Shown here: one piece after another, positions 36,504-46,345 of the stretch
Numbering within the stretch: the stretch's first letter is position 1
Layout of the letters: every line of letters begins with the position of its first letter
NCBI GenBank assembly: GCA_013178155.1
Contig: JABLXH010000009.1
Location: forward strand, 8,548-72,547
Direction of reading: 5' to 3'
DNA length: 64,000 bases
From: Armatimonadota bacterium
GTDB taxonomy: Bacteria > Armatimonadota > Zipacnadia > Zipacnadales > UBA11051
Translations under genes and position numbers: made by a program
The notes under the pieces: model-generated
The model's input: only the letters and a program-made list of their open reading frames with translations
The model's database searches: none
What the model was told of the DNA's origin: nothing

Positions 36504-38003
36504 ATGCCCCGTCTCGCGTTCTGCGTCGCCGTGTTCCTGCTCGTCTCGTGTCAGGTGCATGCCTACGAGCTGCGCCGCCTGCACCCCTTCGCCGAATGCA
36601 CCGCCGACCAGCTCCTCCAGCACCTCGAAGGGCCTATGGGGCGCCTGGACCTGGCGGGGCTCCGCAATGACTGGGTGCACAAGGCCTTCGCGGTCACGGT
36701 CTCGCCGGGCGAGCCGGAAGCCGGGGTTACCCTGGGTCTGACCGGAGACCGCGAACTGGTGGGCCATGTGCGGCTGCGCGTGGTGGGCTTTGTCAAACAG
36801 ACACCGCACGGATGGGTCATGGACCCGATCTTCGAGCGGCCGGGCGACATTGACCCGGCGTGGGGCCAGTACATCCGCAACTTCGAGGGCATCCGGCGCT
36901 TCCCGACGGTCCTGGCCACGCCAGCAGACCCGGTGGTCGTGTGGGTCACGGCGGACACGCGGGGCCTGAAGGCCGGTACATACCACGGCGCGGTCACGGC
37001 GCAGCCCCCGGGCGGGCCGATGCGGGCGGTGCCGTTGCGGCTGGTAGTGCGGCCGGTGGAGTTACAGGCGGACAACCCCCTTATCTGTTGCGGCTGGCAG
37101 TGGATACCAGAAGCGCCGACCAAAGTGGAAGGCGCACGCCTCTTCTTCGACTATGGGATCAACGCTACCCACGTGCTGGCCGACATGGAAGCCTGCCGCC
37201 AGGCAGGCTACCGTTTCTTCATGTTCCCCTTCGGCCCGTCCTGGAAGGGCCAGGCCCCCGAGGACGTGCCCCAGGCGGAGGTGGACGCGGCCATCGCCGA
37301 GGTCAAGGCCACCGTGCGCAAGCTGCGCCTGCGACCCGATCAGTGGGCGCTGTATACCATTGACGAACCCAACGACAAGTCTGTCCCCAACCAGGTACGC
37401 TGGTGCGCTTATCTGCGCCGGAAGTGGCCCGAGGTGCGTTTCCTGTTCAACCCCGGCTGGGGGCCCGGCCCGCGCAACGAATGGGGCACGGTCGCGGGGA
37501 CGGTGGAGCCGCTGTCGCCGTTTGTGGACATCTGGCTCCCATACAGCCACTGGCTCTGGGATGAGGTCTCGGGCGTCTCCCTGCCGCTCATGAAGAAGCA
37601 TGCGCGGCAAGTCTGGTTCTATGAGATCATGAACTTCCCGTACACCCGCCGGCCATCGGTCGGGCGGGACATGATGCGGACGCGCCCTTGGGTGGCGTGG
37701 AAGTACGGCCTGCAGGGCTGTAGCTGGTACTCGCTGAACGCCATCTCGCAACTACCCTACATGGACGACCCCGAGGGCAAGGAGTACGCCGCCAGCTACT
37801 ACACCGTGCCTGCACGCAGCCTCGAGGCCTTGCGCGAGGGCTTCCAGGATTACAAGCGCATGCAGGAGCTGCGGCGACTCGGCGTGGATGAGGCGACGCT
37901 CAACAGCTTCACCGACCGGGCGCTGAACGCCACGAACGTCCGGGATTTCGACGTGCTGCGACGCGACATGGACCGGCTGCTCGTCGCGCTGACCGAGGGG
38001 TAG
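36504..38003 (+). CDS. Secreted DUF4091 / GH123-like protein
   Basis: Signal peptide; VVVWVT..T..LKAGTYHGAV, YTIDEP, and C-terminal RSLEALREGFQDY. Confidence 0.65.
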   Translation: MPRLAFCVAVFLLVSCQVHAYELRRLHPFAECTADQLLQHLEGPMGRLDLAGLRNDWVHKAFAVTVSPGEPEAGVTLGLTGDRELVGHVRLRVVGFVKQTPHGWVMDPIFERPGDIDPAWGQYIRNFEGIRRFPTVLATPADPVVVWVTADTRGLKAGTYHGAVTAQPPGGPMRAVPLRLVVRPVELQADNPLICCGWQWIPEAPTKVEGARLFFDYGINATHVLADMEACRQAGYRFFMFPFGPSWKGQAPEDVPQAEVDAAIAEVKATVRKLRLRPDQWALYTIDEPNDKSVPNQVRWCAYLRRKWPEVRFLFNPGWGPGPRNEWGTVAGTVEPLSPFVDIWLPYSHWLWDEVSGVSLPLMKKHARQVWFYEIMNFPYTRRPSVGRDMMRTRPWVAWKYGLQGCSWYSLNAISQLPYMDDPEGKEYAASYYTVPARSLEALREGFQDYKRMQELRRLGVDEATLNSFTDRALNATNVRDFDVLRRDMDRLLVALTEG

Positions 38004-38011
38004 GGCCTGCC

Positions 38012-40747
38012 TCACGGCACCAACCGAGCCTCCACGATGCGTCCTCGCGCCGGGTTCCATCGGACGTAGACACGGTCGCCAGGGCGGAAGTCCTGGCGGC
38101 CGACGACCAGCGGGCAGGAGGCGGGCTTCTCAGGGGCGACGCGCCCGGCGGGCAGGCAGAGGCTGTCTATCGGCAGCAACGGCGCGCCCTCGACCTTGAG
38201 CCGGGCAAGGCGGAAGGGCGTGGCGGCCTCGAAACACTGCACCCGGCCCAACACCTCGCAGCGGCGCGCATTGACCCTGACGACGATACCGTCGCGCACG
38301 GTCAGCGTTACGTCGTCACCAGCGCTTACCTGGTCGCCGGTCACGCTGGCGGGCGCACCGTCGTTGACCTGCAGAGTGACAGCGCAGTCAGCCGCCACAG
38401 GCATTGCTCTCCCCATGCCGCCGTCGTCATAGGGCTCAAACCTCAGGGTGTCGCCGACCAGACCTCGCGCTTCTCCAGCCTCCTCACGGTTCGGCGGTGG
38501 CGGCTCCCACGGCTGGTAGGTGTCTGGCGCTCTCTCAAGCAACGCCTCGTGCGCCAACTCGGTCGCCGCCCGATAGTCACCGGCCTGGAAGCGAGCCCGC
38601 GCACGGGCCACGTCGGCGCCGTTTGCGGCCTCCAGTCGCTGCAGCGCCCACACGGCGTCGGCGCGCCAGCCGGCCAGCAGGCTTTCGGCCCGGAGCCGGT
38701 CGGCCCGGTAGCTGCGGTTACAGTGCAGCAATGCCTCCTCGGCCCAGGGGACCTCCAGGGCACAGTCGAAGACACAGACCCAGCCCGCCAGTCCCAGGGC
38801 GTGCATCTCGAACTCGATGGTCAGTTCCGTCTGTCCCTGGGCGACGGAGGTCAGGTCCACCTGGTACTGCCCGCCGCCATTGGTCAGCCGGTCTACCTCA
38901 CGCAGGTGGTCGCGGTCCGCACCGGCGCGGATGGCCAGATAGGCCCGATCGTCCATCTCCTGGAAGACGAAGGCCCGGGCGCGGTAGGCCAGGGCCAGGC
39001 GCTCGAAACGCTCGGTGCCGACCAGGTCTCGCGCCCGCACGCTGAACCGCGCTCGCGACACCTGGCCGACCTCGGACGGATACAGCGCCCGGTCCGGCAG
39101 CGGCCAGATGTAGTCCACCTCCACGCCCTCGCCCCCGAAACGGCCTCGCCAGCCATCGTTCTGGAAGTCCTCATACCATACCCGTGGGCGCCACGGCACG
39201 GGCGGCAGTTCCCCCCAGCCGCGCTGTACTGCAGCCGCCGTGTTGCGGAGGCCCTCGTCGCTGAGGTTGAAGAGCGAGATGTGATCGCAGCCGGCGGCAT
39301 AGGCCAGTTGCACTGGCCCGGCGCCGTCGCGCTCGCCGCCCAGTTCGCAGTTGATGTCCGCGGGCACACCCAGCTCGCGGTGGATGTCCAGCCACGACAG
39401 CGCATCGGAGCTGGAGCCCCGCTCGCCCCACTCGCCGCCCAGGCGCAGGTCCTGCAGGACGCCCGCCTCCGTGGCCTGCACGGGGTTGTCAAAGCCCCAG
39501 CCGCCCATGAAGGTGTGGGTGTAGGTCTGGTCGGCCAGCGGACATCGTCCGAGCCCACGCAGGAAACCGGCGGCCATCTCGCGGTTGTAGGCCCGCAAGC
39601 TGCGGCGCAGGAAGGTCATTTCAGCGTCGCTCAGGCCGTCGCGGGGGTCGAGAGTGACACCTTCGGCGCGGGCTGCAGCGGCCATGGCCGGGTTGAAGTC
39701 CGCTTGCAGGTGGGGTGAGGTGCCCGGGTTGCCAGCACCCCAGTAGGCGGGCTCATTGTCCAGGACGACGCTGCGCACCGGGAAGACCACCGTCTCGCCG
39801 GCACGGCGCCAGTGGAAATCCGTCCACGCCTCGCGCAGGAGCCGCCCTACCAGCGCGAAGCGCCCGGCCTTGAAGGCGTTGAGGCGGGCGTTGCGGGTGG
39901 TCAGCCAGGGCACACTGCTCCAGTGGTTGGGTATGGACAGGCCGAAGGCGCCGAGGTCGGCGTCGTAGGTGACCTGCTGGTACTCCGGGTCACACCAGCG
40001 TCCCCCCTGGCCGTCAGGGCCGAAGGGCGTACCTGCCCACCAGGTGTTGAGCTGCAGTTCGACCGGCACCCCGGCCGCCTCGGCGGCGGCGATGAGGGCG
40101 AGGAGACGCTCGTGAATGGCTTCGGGAGCCCACTGGGCCAGGGCGAAGGTGTGCACCGCCGCCATCGGCCGCAGGTCGTCCAGCCCGGCCAGGATGCCCC
40201 TGATCTCGCGCAGCCGCGCGGCTGTGACGTCGCTCTCCACGGTCGGCCCGAGATGCATCGGCTGCAGGAGACCCAGGGAGCGCACATGGGCCTCCAGGTC
40301 CTCATAGAGCGACACCTCCGATAGCTGCAAAGGGGTGTCGGCTACATTGGTGACCGTGAACGCGCAGGGCCGGCCCGGCGACTGGTCGGGCAGGTCCAGG
40401 AAGGCCGAGGCCGGTCCGGTGCCGTCGTAGTGGCGGCAGCGGAAAGCCACGATCTCCCCGCCGACGCTGACTGTGTAGGCCGGCGACTGGCCGTCGGCAG
40501 TGCGGAACTCGCGCAACTCCAGGGTGAGCAGTTTGCCCGTCTTCGGCGTCAGCGTGAACTCCAGCCGGCCTCCAGGTGGCACGCGGACCCCACGCAACGG
40601 CAGCGCACGGTCGCCAAAGCGCCAGGTGAAGGCGATCCCCTCGGCATGCCCTCCCGCAGGGCTGCCGTGCAGCAGCAAGTGACCCACACGACCGGCGCCC
40701 AGGGCAGGGCCTGCCATCGCCAGCAGAACCAGGAGGCTGCGCGCCAT
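38012..40747 (-). CDS. Secreted hypothetical glycoside hydrolase (clan GH-A-like), ~911 aa
   Basis: Signal peptide MARSLLVLLAMAG; VVLDNEP (acid/base-like) and LGGEWG (nucleophile-like). Real start at 40747 with RBS GGAGG. Confidence 0.5.
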   Translation of the reverse strand: MARSLLVLLAMAGPALGAGRVGHLLLHGSPAGGHAEGIAFTWRFGDRALPLRGVRVPPGGRLEFTLTPKTGKLLTLELREFRTADGQSPAYTVSVGGEIVAFRCRHYDGTGPASAFLDLPDQSPGRPCAFTVTNVADTPLQLSEVSLYEDLEAHVRSLGLLQPMHLGPTVESDVTAARLREIRGILAGLDDLRPMAAVHTFALAQWAPEAIHERLLALIAAAEAAGVPVELQLNTWWAGTPFGPDGQGGRWCDPEYQQVTYDADLGAFGLSIPNHWSSVPWLTTRNARLNAFKAGRFALVGRLLREAWTDFHWRRAGETVVFPVRSVVLDNEPAYWGAGNPGTSPHLQADFNPAMAAAARAEGVTLDPRDGLSDAEMTFLRRSLRAYNREMAAGFLRGLGRCPLADQTYTHTFMGGWGFDNPVQATEAGVLQDLRLGGEWGERGSSSDALSWLDIHRELGVPADINCELGGERDGAGPVQLAYAAGCDHISLFNLSDEGLRNTAAAVQRGWGELPPVPWRPRVWYEDFQNDGWRGRFGGEGVEVDYIWPLPDRALYPSEVGQVSRARFSVRARDLVGTERFERLALAYRARAFVFQEMDDRAYLAIRAGADRDHLREVDRLTNGGGQYQVDLTSVAQGQTELTIEFEMHALGLAGWVCVFDCALEVPWAEEALLHCNRSYRADRLRAESLLAGWRADAVWALQRLEAANGADVARARARFQAGDYRAATELAHEALLERAPDTYQPWEPPPPNREEAGEARGLVGDTLRFEPYDDGGMGRAMPVAADCAVTLQVNDGAPASVTGDQVSAGDDVTLTVRDGIVVRVNARRCEVLGRVQCFEAATPFRLARLKVEGAPLLPIDSLCLPAGRVAPEKPASCPLVVGRQDFRPGDRVYVRWNPARGRIVEARLVP

Positions 40748-40901
40748 ACGGCCCTCCTTGGAAGGATATGATGCAGGTTCGCCACTGCCCGGACCGCACC
40801 TCGGGTCAGGCGCGGGCAGGTTGGTCGTGGAGCGGCCGCGAACTCTCTGATTGGTGTCAGAAGCCCGGGGGGCGCAATGAACTGAGGCCGGAGAGGGAGC
40901 C

Positions 40902-43763
40902 ATGAAGCTGCTGGGGTCGCTGGCAGCGATGGTCCTGGTCACTGCAGCGGCGGGTAACGACGCCGGACGGCTGCCGGTGACGCCTGGCATGTACGATGCC
41001 ATCCCTGTCCCCCAGCCATATCTCTGGCCGCCGCCGCGCGAGGTCTCGTTTCCCCCTGCAGTTGTGCCGCTGGTGCGCGACAGCCAGCGTCTCAGCCTCA
41101 TCGTGATCGGTGACCAAGCCGGGCCGAAGGCGCGGCTGGGAGCGGAGACTCTGTCGGCGCTGGTGGCAGACCGCAATCTCCTGGCCGTCAACCTCCCGGT
41201 CCGACCTTACGGCAAGTCAGGCTGGAGCGACCTCCGCGACGCCAACCCCATCATCATCGGCACCCTTCAAGACAACGCGCTGGTGGAACGTCTGGTGCGG
41301 CGCCACGGGCTCCCTCTGACCGCTCGCCGCCCTGGCCCTGAGGGGTACATCATCCGGGTCGTGCCCTGGGGAGACCGGGGCGAGCGGCAGGCGGTCATGG
41401 TCGGCGGCTCTGATGACCAGGGCACGCTCTATGGCTGTCAGGCCCTGGCCCAACTGCTGCGCGGCGAGGGATGCTCCACCTGGCTGCGAGCCGCGACGGT
41501 CACCGACTGGCCCGGCTTCCGCTGGCGGCCCACCGGCTGGGGCTACGAAGTCTACCACGAACGCAGCAAGACTGATGTGCGAGAGTATGCCGATCTGATT
41601 GGCCGCTTGCGGTTCAACGTGGCCACCGGCGGCGGATCAGCGGATCCAGAGATCACCGCCTTCGCCGAAGCCCGCGGGCTCGCCATGCTGGATGGCTACT
41701 GGTCCATGGAGGGCTTCGCCCGGTACGCCCAGGAGAATATCCCCCGGCGCTGCGTGCCCAAAGGTACATCTGCCAACTGCTGGAGCGATCCGGGACTGCG
41801 CCAGCGCATTCGCGAGGTGTTCGGCGATGTGGCCCGGACGGCCAGCGGAGTGAGCTGGCACGACAACACCGATGCCGGCTGGTGGACGCCGTATCTGCAG
41901 TTTTGGAACCAGCGCTGCGAGCTGTGCCGCGAGACCTACCCTGAGCCTGACCCTCGCCGTGGCGACGCTGAGCGCTTCCAGGCCATCTACGAGGCGGCGA
42001 AGGCCCACGGGGCCGACAAGCTGGTGGTGCTCACGCTGCCCTGCTACTACGACAACCCTGAGCGCTTCCCGCTGATGGTGGAATACCTGCACTACCTGCG
42101 CGACCACCTGCCTCGGGACATCGTGTTCTGGCTGGAGGACCGCAGTCCCGCCGAGGCCGAGTCTTACGAGCGGCACCTGGGCCGCCCGTGCATCAACTAT
42201 CTGTACGCCAACACGGGTGGTGGTCGGACTTGGGCTGAGGACTTCGCCCGGGTCGCGGCCAACAAGGGCCATGTGTCGGGTTGCTGGTACGCCATCGGGC
42301 ATCGGCCCGAAGAGCTGCTGACCATGATGGCGTCCGCCTACCAGTGGAACCCGGACCTGCCCACGGACCTGGCCTTCATCTATCGGGTGCTCGTGCCCCA
42401 GGCTTGCCACTTTCTCTATGGCGATGCCTGGCGGCACATGGCCGAGGTGTATCTGCAGAACATGGACCCGGCTCAGGCGACCAGCAGCAAGGACCCGGTG
42501 GTGCTGCGGGACATCGTCACCAGGTCCCGCCGGTCGCTGGCCTTGCTGGCTGAGGCGCTGCCGCAGCTCACAGGACAGGGACGGGTCACGGCGGAGGCGC
42601 TTCGGGTCCGTGACTCCGGTCTGCTGCAGACTGCAGAGACGCGATTGGCCTACGTGGAGCCCCTGCAGAAGCTGCGGGACGCCCTGGCGCTGGTGCGTGA
42701 TGGTGACCATGACGCGGCCCTGGGTCGGCTGTCCGAGGCGGCGGCGAGCGTCGAAGCCGTGCCAGCTCGCTTGCGAACCGACGAGCTCAGTGTCAAGCGC
42801 CTGCGGTACCTGGCCCTGGACCTGGAGCGGCTTCAGGATCGCATCCGGCGCCAGGACCTGCAACTCGTGGCTCGCGAGCCCGTATGGCAGATCGGCGTCT
42901 TCGACAATCTCCTGGACGAGTTTGCCGGCGAGACGGCAGGCAAGCGGGCAGAATTCGCAGTGGGAACGCCCCTGGCGCAGTTCCCCGCAGAGGGAGGCTA
43001 CACGCTCGTTTTCGACCACGGGTTGCCGGCGGGAGGCCGGCTGCTGGTGCGGATCGAGGGCACTCCGGTGACCATCTCGCTGGACGGAGCCGAGCTCTAC
43101 TACACCTACGACCTGACTCCCGGCTTCAACGATGTCACCGTGCCGCTGCCGGCGCTGGACCCGGGCGAGCATCGGCTGACCGTGACTCCCGACGGGCGTC
43201 TGCGCACCGACGCCGTGGCCTTGTATCCCGGGCAGGAGCTGGTCCCAACCTCTGCCGCCAACGAGTGGTTGCTGGACACCAGCGGCACATGGGATTTCCG
43301 GCTGGACCCCGGGGATGTCGGCGAGCGCGAGGGATGGTACCGCCAGCCGGTGGACCCCAGAGACTGGACCACGATCAGCGTGCCGGCCTACTGGGAGAGC
43401 GACCCGCGCTTTCCGAGCTATGACGGTGTGGCCTGGTATCACACATCGGTCAAACTGCCCTGGGAGCATCACACCAAGCCGGTGGTGCTGCGCTTCGGCG
43501 GCGTGGACGACTACACGAAGGTCTGGGTGGCCGGCAACTACATTGGCAAGCACGACCAGGAGGATTCGGAGTTCCACTGGTTCGACGAGGCCTTCGAGTT
43601 CGATGTATCGGGCAAGATCCCGTTCGGCGATGGCGCGGACATCTACGTCCGCGTGGAAGACACCCATGGTGACGGGGGCATCTTCCGGCCGGTCACCGTG
43701 GCGGTGATCATCGGCGGCAAGGACACCGCCCCCATCGTGGGGCCGGGAGCGCTGGGCTACTGA
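40902..43763 (+). CDS. Secreted GH20/GH84-like protein with a C-terminal GH2-type sugar-binding domain
   Basis: GH20 domain-2-like IIIGT, EGYIIRV, GTLYGCQAL, and TDWPGFRWR; C-terminal SGTWDFRLDP, VPAYWE, YDGVAWY, LRFGGVDD and GGIFRPV. Confidence 0.65.
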   Translation: MKLLGSLAAMVLVTAAAGNDAGRLPVTPGMYDAIPVPQPYLWPPPREVSFPPAVVPLVRDSQRLSLIVIGDQAGPKARLGAETLSALVADRNLLAVNLPVRPYGKSGWSDLRDANPIIIGTLQDNALVERLVRRHGLPLTARRPGPEGYIIRVVPWGDRGERQAVMVGGSDDQGTLYGCQALAQLLRGEGCSTWLRAATVTDWPGFRWRPTGWGYEVYHERSKTDVREYADLIGRLRFNVATGGGSADPEITAFAEARGLAMLDGYWSMEGFARYAQENIPRRCVPKGTSANCWSDPGLRQRIREVFGDVARTASGVSWHDNTDAGWWTPYLQFWNQRCELCRETYPEPDPRRGDAERFQAIYEAAKAHGADKLVVLTLPCYYDNPERFPLMVEYLHYLRDHLPRDIVFWLEDRSPAEAESYERHLGRPCINYLYANTGGGRTWAEDFARVAANKGHVSGCWYAIGHRPEELLTMMASAYQWNPDLPTDLAFIYRVLVPQACHFLYGDAWRHMAEVYLQNMDPAQATSSKDPVVLRDIVTRSRRSLALLAEALPQLTGQGRVTAEALRVRDSGLLQTAETRLAYVEPLQKLRDALALVRDGDHDAALGRLSEAAASVEAVPARLRTDELSVKRLRYLALDLERLQDRIRRQDLQLVAREPVWQIGVFDNLLDEFAGETAGKRAEFAVGTPLAQFPAEGGYTLVFDHGLPAGGRLLVRIEGTPVTISLDGAELYYTYDLTPGFNDVTVPLPALDPGEHRLTVTPDGRLRTDAVALYPGQELVPTSAANEWLLDTSGTWDFRLDPGDVGEREGWYRQPVDPRDWTTISVPAYWESDPRFPSYDGVAWYHTSVKLPWEHHTKPVVLRFGGVDDYTKVWVAGNYIGKHDQEDSEFHWFDEAFEFDVSGKIPFGDGADIYVRVEDTHGDGGIFRPVTVAVIIGGKDTAPIVGPGALGY

Positions 43764-45088
43764 TGCGTACACGGCCTGTTTCTGTTCTGCCGGTGTTGCT
43801 TCTGGCGGCAATGGCCCCCTGCTGTGCCCAGTCCTGGGTGCGCCGCACGGTCACGATCAGCAATGAGGCCGACCGCGCGGTGGCGCAGGTGGTACGGCTG
43901 GCGTTCGGCGACCTGGGCCTGCCCCCGGACTGCCGCCGGGAGTCTCTGCGCCTTACCGACCCGGAGCGGCAGCAGCGCCTCCTGTTCGAGTTGGACTCGG
44001 AGCGCGACGAGCTGCGGTGGTTTGTCGAGCTGGCCCCGCGGAGCAGCCAGCAATACACGGTCCATGCCTCGGCCGACCCCGACCTGCTCCCGGTGAGTGT
44101 GGACGCTCTGCCCCGGGCCCAGGTCATGCCGGGCGACCGCACGGCCGGGAACCGCAGCCAAGAGCTGACCTACCGGGGACCCGGCCCGCCATTCACGCTG
44201 GTGCTGCAGGACAACGTTCCGTACGACCCGGATGTGACCCAGACCCACCCGCAGCCGCTGACCGAGGCAGACCAGCGCTGGATGAACGAGCTGTGGCGGC
44301 GCCGGGTGGGTGTTGCCTCCCTGAGAATTGCCGGACAGGAGCTGGTCGCCGGCCACTGGCCGGGCTTCTGGACAGCCCTGAGCTACTACTACGACGGCCG
44401 ACCCTACAACCTGTCCCGGCTGGACCACGTCTCCGCTACACGGGGCAGCCTCATTAGCAGCCTGGTGGCAGGGGGGGAGGCCGAGAGCTTTGCGTACGGT
44501 TGGGGACACGGGCTCAAGGTGGAGCTAGGCGTCGAGGTGATGCCTGTGAGCCGGGTACGCTTCACCTGGGCGCTCACCGCGCCGTACGACCTGGCGACCG
44601 TCCCGGAGTCGGGCCGCCCGGCGCAGCCGGAGGGGCGGCCGTCCATCGCGGCCCTGAACTTCCTGCCGGAGAGCGTCGCGCCAGTCTTTGACCGGGTGCT
44701 CTGGCACGACGAGGCTGGCGAACTCCAGCGGGCCGGCATCGGCATCGCCGAGGACCGCGTCTTTCTCAGCGCGCGGCCTGGCGGCTCCGGCTGGTGCGCG
44801 CTGTATGGCACGGAGACGGGGACACTCCTGGGGCTGGTGCCGGAGCAATGGGGCGATGGCGGTATCGTCCACCTAGCCTCGTGTGACGGCTCAGGTTACC
44901 CCCGCAACGTGCTGCAGATGCACATGGTGGGCACACCGACCAACAACTGGCGCGCTGGGGAGAGCCACACCTGGGCCTACTCGCTTGTGGTCAGGCAGGT
45001 AGCCACCGAGGCGCTGGCCATCGCGACGATGGATGCCGCGAGGGCCTCCCAGAGCCCAGCGCTCCGTGTCACCGTGCGCCACAACTGA
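43763..45088 (+). CDS. Secreted hypothetical protein (DUF2341-like N-terminus, beta-supersandwich C-terminus)
   Basis: Signal peptide; WVRRTVTISN...LRWFVEL...YTVH pattern; TGATG overlap with the upstream gene. Confidence 0.55.
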   Translation: MRTRPVSVLPVLLLAAMAPCCAQSWVRRTVTISNEADRAVAQVVRLAFGDLGLPPDCRRESLRLTDPERQQRLLFELDSERDELRWFVELAPRSSQQYTVHASADPDLLPVSVDALPRAQVMPGDRTAGNRSQELTYRGPGPPFTLVLQDNVPYDPDVTQTHPQPLTEADQRWMNELWRRRVGVASLRIAGQELVAGHWPGFWTALSYYYDGRPYNLSRLDHVSATRGSLISSLVAGGEAESFAYGWGHGLKVELGVEVMPVSRVRFTWALTAPYDLATVPESGRPAQPEGRPSIAALNFLPESVAPVFDRVLWHDEAGELQRAGIGIAEDRVFLSARPGGSGWCALYGTETGTLLGLVPEQWGDGGIVHLASCDGSGYPRNVLQMHMVGTPTNNWRAGESHTWAYSLVVRQVATEALAIATMDAARASQSPALRVTVRHN

Positions 45089-45219
45089 TGGCGGGTGACA
45101 CCGGGCCGGTGGAACCAGACGCCAGCGGATGTTGCGCGCCGCGAGCTGGGCGGCAGGTCCACTGTTGTCTCGGGCCGAAACACTGAAACATACCGACGCT
45201 ACATGGATGGGGAGTTGAG

Positions 45220-46320
45220 ATGACACTCTACACTTGTTCGCTGATCGCTGTGCTGATCACTCTGCTGGCGGTCGGCGCCGCCGGAGAGAGTCTGTTCGAG
45301 GACTCTCACGTCATCAAGAAGCCGCAGAGCACCTACGGCTATCGGGGCATCATGGGGGATTTCGTCCGCCTCAAGGACGGAGCCATCCTGATGAGCTACA
45401 CGGACGGAGACATCATGGTGGTGAAGTCCACGGATGAGGGCCGCACCTGGGGAGAGCCCAGTGTCCTGGTGCGCCGGCCCCAGCCGCCAACCAAGGGCAA
45501 TATCGCGCACCCCTCCTTCCTGCGGCTGCCCAGTGGCGACATCATGCTGGCCTTCATCTACAACACCTACCCGACTACGCCGTACTTCGGCCAGAACTAC
45601 TACCGGCTCTCCAGCGATGAGGGCCAGACGTGGTCCGAGCAGTACTGTTACACGCCCTATCCGGGCTATCTGCCCGTCCACAACGATCGCCTGCACATCC
45701 TCTCCACCGGGCGGATCATTGCCGCGGCCGAATACAAGGCCTATTTACCCAGCAGCGACGACCACGCCGGCTACGTCGGCATGACCTTCTTCTCCGACGA
45801 TGGGGGCTATTCGTGGCAGCCGAGCCGCAACACAGTGGATGCCTTCAAGGACGGACAGCGGGTGGAGGTGCAGGAGGCCGACGTGGTGGAGCTCAAGGAC
45901 GGGCGGCTGCTGATGTTCGCCCGGACCTACAGCGGTTACCCCATGTTCGCCTACTCCGAGGACAAGGGCGAGACGTGGGGGCCGCCCATCGCCCGCAAGG
46001 ACATCCCCATGCCCTATGCGGCCATGCCCACCGTGCGGCGCATACCCTCAACCGGTGACCTGCTGTTCATCTGGATCAGCGAGATGTCGCGCGACCCCGA
46101 GGACGAGCGCATCACGCGGCGCTGCACACTGACCTCGGCCATCTCGAAGGACGAGGGCGAGACCCTGACCCTGCAGCGGAACATCGCAAGCGATCCCCTG
46201 CAGGACTATGGCTACCAGTGTGTGGAGTTTCTGGACGACAATGTAGTGCTTCTGGGCTACCACAGCCGCGAGGGTATCCACGTCGCGCGTATCGGAGTGG
46301 ACTGGTTCTACGGCAAGTGA
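45220..46320 (+). CDS. Secreted BNR/Asp-box beta-propeller (sialidase-like exo-glycosidase)
   Basis: Five Asp boxes: STDEGRTW, SSDEGQTW, SDDGGYSW, SEDKGETW, SKDEGETL; also QEADVVEL and YGYQ. Confidence 0.8.
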   Translation: MTLYTCSLIAVLITLLAVGAAGESLFEDSHVIKKPQSTYGYRGIMGDFVRLKDGAILMSYTDGDIMVVKSTDEGRTWGEPSVLVRRPQPPTKGNIAHPSFLRLPSGDIMLAFIYNTYPTTPYFGQNYYRLSSDEGQTWSEQYCYTPYPGYLPVHNDRLHILSTGRIIAAAEYKAYLPSSDDHAGYVGMTFFSDDGGYSWQPSRNTVDAFKDGQRVEVQEADVVELKDGRLLMFARTYSGYPMFAYSEDKGETWGPPIARKDIPMPYAAMPTVRRIPSTGDLLFIWISEMSRDPEDERITRRCTLTSAISKDEGETLTLQRNIASDPLQDYGYQCVEFLDDNVVLLGYHSREGIHVARIGVDWFYGK

Positions 46321-46345
46321 CCATTGGCGGACGGGAGGTGTGTCC

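Noticed and set aside
40781-40861. GCCACTG (cobalamin-riboswitch-like) and TCTGA-N6-TCAGA in the divergent gap
   Set aside because: The other B12-element motifs (GGGAA, CCCCGC, GGGAAG) are missing and the flanking genes are unrelated to B12. The palindrome occurs once, so it is not supported as an operator.
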